Below, piece by piece: positions 59,314-64,000 of a DNA stretch of 64,000 nucleotides. Source of the DNA: Eledone cirrhosa. Lineage: Eukaryota. The notes below the pieces were generated by a model. That model made no database searches. It was not told the origin of the DNA and saw only the letters and a list, made by a program, of their open reading frames with translations. Every line of letters starts with the position of its first letter. Position 1 is the first letter of the stretch. Where the stretch lies: assembly GCA_964016885.1 (NCBI GenBank), contig OZ024741.1, forward strand, positions 284,828,001-284,892,000, written 5' to 3'. Position numbers and translations under genes: made by a program.

Positions 59314-59359
59314 ACAGCAGCAGCAGCAGCAGTAGTAGTAGTATATATATATATATATA

Positions 59360-62300
59360 TCATCATCATCATTTTACGTCCGCTTTTCTCTGCTTGCAAG
59401 GGTGGGACGGGTTCTATTCAGCACATCATCTCTCCACCGTGAGCTTCAGCGATCTGAGGCCTGCTCTCACCACCTCCGCCCATGTTTTTCGTGGTCTTCC
59501 TCTACTGGCATTTCTTGGCACTTCTTCACCCATCGGTCATCCTCCATGCGCATCACATGTCCATATCATCGCTGTCTTCTCTCCCGCACACTACAAGTTA
59601 TCCCTCTCAGACAGTTTCTCTCTCAACACATCCATGCTCGGTCGTTCACGCACATTGACATTGCACATCCAACGGAACATGCTTGCCTCATTTCTCTCCA
59701 GCCGTCGCATATCGTCTGCAGTTGCTGCCCATGTCTCACTACCATGCAGCATCGCGCACCTCACACAGGCATCATATAACCGGCCTTTCGTACGCAGGGA
59801 GAAACGCTTCTTCGTCAGCAGAGGAGGCAGCTCCCTAAACTTCTTCCAACCCGTCCTTATTCTAGATACTATCGCCTCGGAATACCCCCTCCCATGCTAA
59901 TCTGATCACCTAGGTACCGGAAGCTATTAACCACTTCTACAGCACCCACCTGCATTTGAAAAATGTGTCTATTAATGCGACTTCTACTGTCAAATTTCCC
60001 TGTAATCTACTGCATACGTATTTTTCCCTACCTGTTAGTTTGCCTGCTATCCCACTACATCTCTTGTGTACCCATGATCTGCATTGTGTACATTTTATAG
60101 AATTTATGCCAGTTCCTTTTCATTCGAACATGGCCATTTCCCTGACGGAATCAAAGTTTTGTCCTCTTTTCTACTCATCAATACTTTTGTCTTTTCTAGG
60201 TTCACTCTCTGTCCTCTTAATTCCAACTGCTGTTTCCATAGCTTGAATTTATTCTCTAATCCTCTACTGATTCTGTTATAACAACCAGATCGTCAGCATA
60301 GAGAAGTTCCCATGGATAGCCAGTCTTAAACTCCTCTGTTATGGCTTGGAGGACTATAATGAACAAGAGCGGGCTGAAGGCGGAACGCTGATGTACTCCT
60401 ACTTGTATCTGGAATTCCTCACTAAACTCCATTCCTACCCTCACTTTACTGACAGCACCTCTGTACGCAGCTTGCACTGTCCTCACAAGCCATTTCTCAA
60501 CACCTAGTTTCCTTAGGGACCACCAGATGACAGATCTGGGTACCCTATCAAAGGCCTTCTCTAGGTCAACAAAGGCTGAGTATAGTGGCTTATTCTTTTC
60601 TAAGAACCTCTCTTGTAATTGTCTCACTAAGAAGAGGGCATCTGTTGTACTTTTCCCAGGCACAAAACCAAACTGCATCTCATCTAGTTTGACCCTTTCT
60701 CTAATTAGTTGTGCTAATATCCTTTCTGCTACTTTCATAACCTGATCCATCAGTTTTGTGCCCCTATAATTGCTCCTCTCCAGAGCATCCCTTTTACCTT
60801 TGTAGCAATTTATGAGAATACTGTTGCACCAGTCTTTGGGTATGACACCGACATATATAGCTTGATTGATGATGCGTGCAACCAGTTTAGTGCCTATGTC
60901 CTCTGATGCCTTCCGCATCCCAGCAACTATCCCCGACGTCCAGCGGCCTTATCATTTTTCATTTCCTTAATTGCCTCTTGGACTCTGTATTCGTCAATCT
61001 CAATAGCTGGTCCCTCTGTCGGATCTACTGGGGGTAATTTCTCACTTTCCCATTCGTTCTCCACATTCATCAGTCTCTCATAATGACATTTCCAGGCCTC
61101 CTTTTTCTTAATATTCGTGACACTAAGTACACCGGCATCATTTCAGAGACATTTATCTCCAACAACATCCTGATTTGCACTGACACACTGCCTTGCAACG
61201 CGGAACACCAACGTCTCTAATCTTCCCGTCGCAGAACATTGGCAAACCTCCTACTCTCAGCCTACCTGCGTGCTAAGTACACCTGACGTCTAGCTTCTCT
61301 CTTAGCGGGTGTATATCCTTCTCTACTCCCACCATTTCCCTAAGCATTCCATGCTAGTCTTTTATCTCTAATGGCGTTATCTACTGTGCTGTTCCACCAC
61401 CAGGCCACTCTCTGTCTGGTTGATGCTCTGCTCCAGCCACAGGTTTCTTCAGTAGCCTGCAGTAAGTTGTCACATACGAAATTCCAGTTATCATCTATGT
61501 TATACGACTCTAAATCGTCTTCTTTTTCGTCGTAAACATCTTGAAGGGTTTTCCTAAATTTATATTTTAGTGAAAGGTCTTTTAGCTTCCATACCTTTCT
61601 TCTCCACACCTTCCTGTATGTCTCACTCCGTCTCTTTCTTACTGAGATATCACTAACGACTAACCTATGCTGTGGTGTACATTCTTCCCCGGGGTATGCT
61701 TTGGGATTTGACACCATCTGTCTGTCCCGCTGTCTACCAGCAAGAAGTCAATCTGGCTTATGTGCTCGCCTGATTTATAGGTTATTAGGTGGTTGGCAGG
61801 TGTCTGGAAGTTAGTGTTGCAAATGGTTAGTGCACTTGCATCACAAAATTCAAGAGGCCTCACTCCTTTTTCATTTCTTGAGCCGTAACCGTGCCCACCT
61901 TGTACCCCAATGTAACCATCGTGGAGCTGTCCAACATATCCATTGAAGTCCCCTGCTAACATAACGATGTCTCCGTCCTCTGTCATTGCGGCTGTTTGTA
62001 AAAGTTGCTTGTAAAAGCAGTCTTCCTCTTTTTTACCTAGGCCTGCCTGGGGAGCATAGGGAGAGATGATTGTCAGTACTCTCTTGCCTACAACTAATCT
62101 AAGCTTAATTATTCTATTACTAACTCGAATTAGCTCTATTGTCTTATCGATCCATCTCTCAGCCAGAAAAATGCCTACTCCACCTAACCCATCATCATTA
62201 CCCACCCAGAAAAGCTTATAACTAAGATGTTTGCCTGTGATTAGTCTCGCAGAGGCACCTCTCCATCTCACCCCTTGCACACAGCATACATCTATATGCC

Positions 62301-62500
62301 TTCTCTCCAGCATCTCCACTATTTCACCAGATCTACCTGTTAGAGTGCTAACATTAAATGTTGAAACTCTGAGATGCGACGTCTTCATATTCTTGTTCTT
62401 TTTCATGTAGTGCGATTGCTTGATGACGGTCGGGTGGTTCTCGCACATGGCTTCACCAGCCACCCCACTACCGGGCGCAGCCCTAACAAGGTTAGTGTTA
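59360..62500 (-). mobile_element. Near full-length degenerate RTE-clade LINE (APE and RT)
   Basis: RVSTFNV.TL.GR, IDVCCVQ.VRW.G, GVGI, YAPQ.G, AGDFNG, QIDF; NYRG.KL, QFGFVPGKST.DA, FVDLEKAFDRVPR, GVHQ.S.FSPLLF, LLYADDL. 3' end gcggacgtaaaat(GAT)n. Confidence 0.92.
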
Positions 62501-62733
62501 TTGCTGTTTACTCAGTTGTTGTTGTTGTTGTATATATATATTTCTCTACTTAATTAAGATGTGGATTAGCGGTTAGATTATGTATGCTGCATTGAAAAGT
62601 TTGCTAAAGCGGAAACATGTCCTGAGTTCTTTTCACAATCCTAAAGATTCGACTAACTCCCCACTGGACGACATATTTAATAAATTATAAGCAATTAAAG
62701 TTTCCAGGCTGTCAACCTCTAGCTACTTGTATA

Positions 62734-62769
<36 letters not shown>

Positions 62770-62779
62770 TGTATGTATG

Positions 62780-62806
<27 letters not shown>

Positions 62807-62811
<5 letters not shown>

Positions 62812-63013
62812 AGGTAAACAGAATTAACAACACAATCGGTACAGTATATGGAATGGATATATTAGGTTAACGCTTGATATAGCAGGAAGAGGGTCGTAAC
62901 GTTTCGGACGCTAGTCCTTCATCAGAAGAAAGAATGAGAAATAATAAGATGGATTGAGGGGACGGATTGGAATAGGAAAAAATGTCTTTAGATAAAAATA
63001 ACAGGTCCATTCA

Positions 63014-63016
<3 letters not shown>
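62807..63016 (-). mobile_element. PLE pseudo-LTR fragment with canonical hammerhead
   Basis: Minus strand CTGATGA(62919-62925) aggac-tagc-gtcc GAAA(62902-62905) cgtta. Homologous to 960-1170. Confidence 0.75.
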
Positions 63017-63090
<74 letters not shown>

Positions 63091-63124
63091 TAAATATAAA
63101 TATATACATTCATATATATATATC

Positions 63125-63300
63125 AAAATAACAGATTAAAGTTTAAGCAAAGAATCGCCGCTTTCACTCTTAACGGGATCTTCTGAAACTGTTATTTTAA
63201 TAAATATTTGCTCTACGGTTTTATATATATATATAAATTATCCTTATCGTGCCCACTTCGGATTTTAGTCTTCACATTTATTTATTATTATTATTATTAT
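63125..63300. mobile_element. Family A mini-element
   Basis: Matches 6-200 and 30206-30420. Confidence 0.75.
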
Positions 63301-63305
63301 TACTA

Positions 63306-63631
<326 letters not shown>

Positions 63632-63925
63632 GTATTAATTATACTATTTATGGTTATGTAAATACAAAAACCTTTTGCAGTTATATGTATTTTTTATACA
63701 AACCCTAAATAGTGGTAGGCAGTAATGTATTACTACCTTATTACCAGTAAGTTAAGTAGCTCAATGTAAAAACATCAGATGATTTACAGAGCAGTTATAT
63801 GAAATATAAGAATCAAAGAACTGTTCAAAACATTATTGTGCTTACAGCTGTTTCCTCCAAACCGAGGTTTGGATTCTATGGAGCAATTTATTAATGAATG
63901 GACAGTTATATGACCTCCTTTTCAG

Positions 63926-64000
63926 CCAAGAGACATACCGATACATATGCAAATATTGTGGGTCAACATTCATTACAGCATTTAGAGTGGCAGTACACAC
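63926..64000 (+). other. C2H2 zinc-finger-like coding segment cut by the window edge
   Basis: After the acceptor-like ctccttttcag the frame reads QETYRYICKYCGSTFITAFRVAVHT (C-x2-C-x3-F-x8-H). The last His would lie beyond the window. Confidence 0.4.

Overview
AT-rich eukaryotic DNA saturated with microsatellites ((TA)n, (CA)n, (GA)n, (GATA)n, (TAA)n, (GGTA)n) and retroelements. The repeat spectrum suggests an invertebrate, most plausibly an octopus or other cephalopod (inference only). No intact host gene can be supported, and most ORF-track entries are microsatellite translations. Recognisable content: (1) a near full-length but frameshifted L1/Tx1-clade LINE (46612-52282, minus) plus four partial relatives, nearly all ending in (GATA/TATC)n; (2) a degenerate RTE LINE (59360-62500) and other RTE remnants; (3) R4/Dong remnants, two of them in (TAA)n; (4) Penelope-like elements (PLEs) of Naiad-like, Neptune-like and Poseidon-like type; (5) mariner remnants; (6) more than 20 tRNA-derived SINE copies. 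The most striking pattern is more than a dozen short, mostly fold-back (palindromic) elements embedded in (TA)n. They carry minimal type-I hammerhead ribozyme motifs, and two families have a compensatory U3-A8 core (UUGAAAA). Some inverted duplications extend beyond element boundaries. A few weak candidate exons and a C2H2 zinc finger at the right edge are noted. All calls were made by eye, and coordinates of degenerate repeats are approximate.
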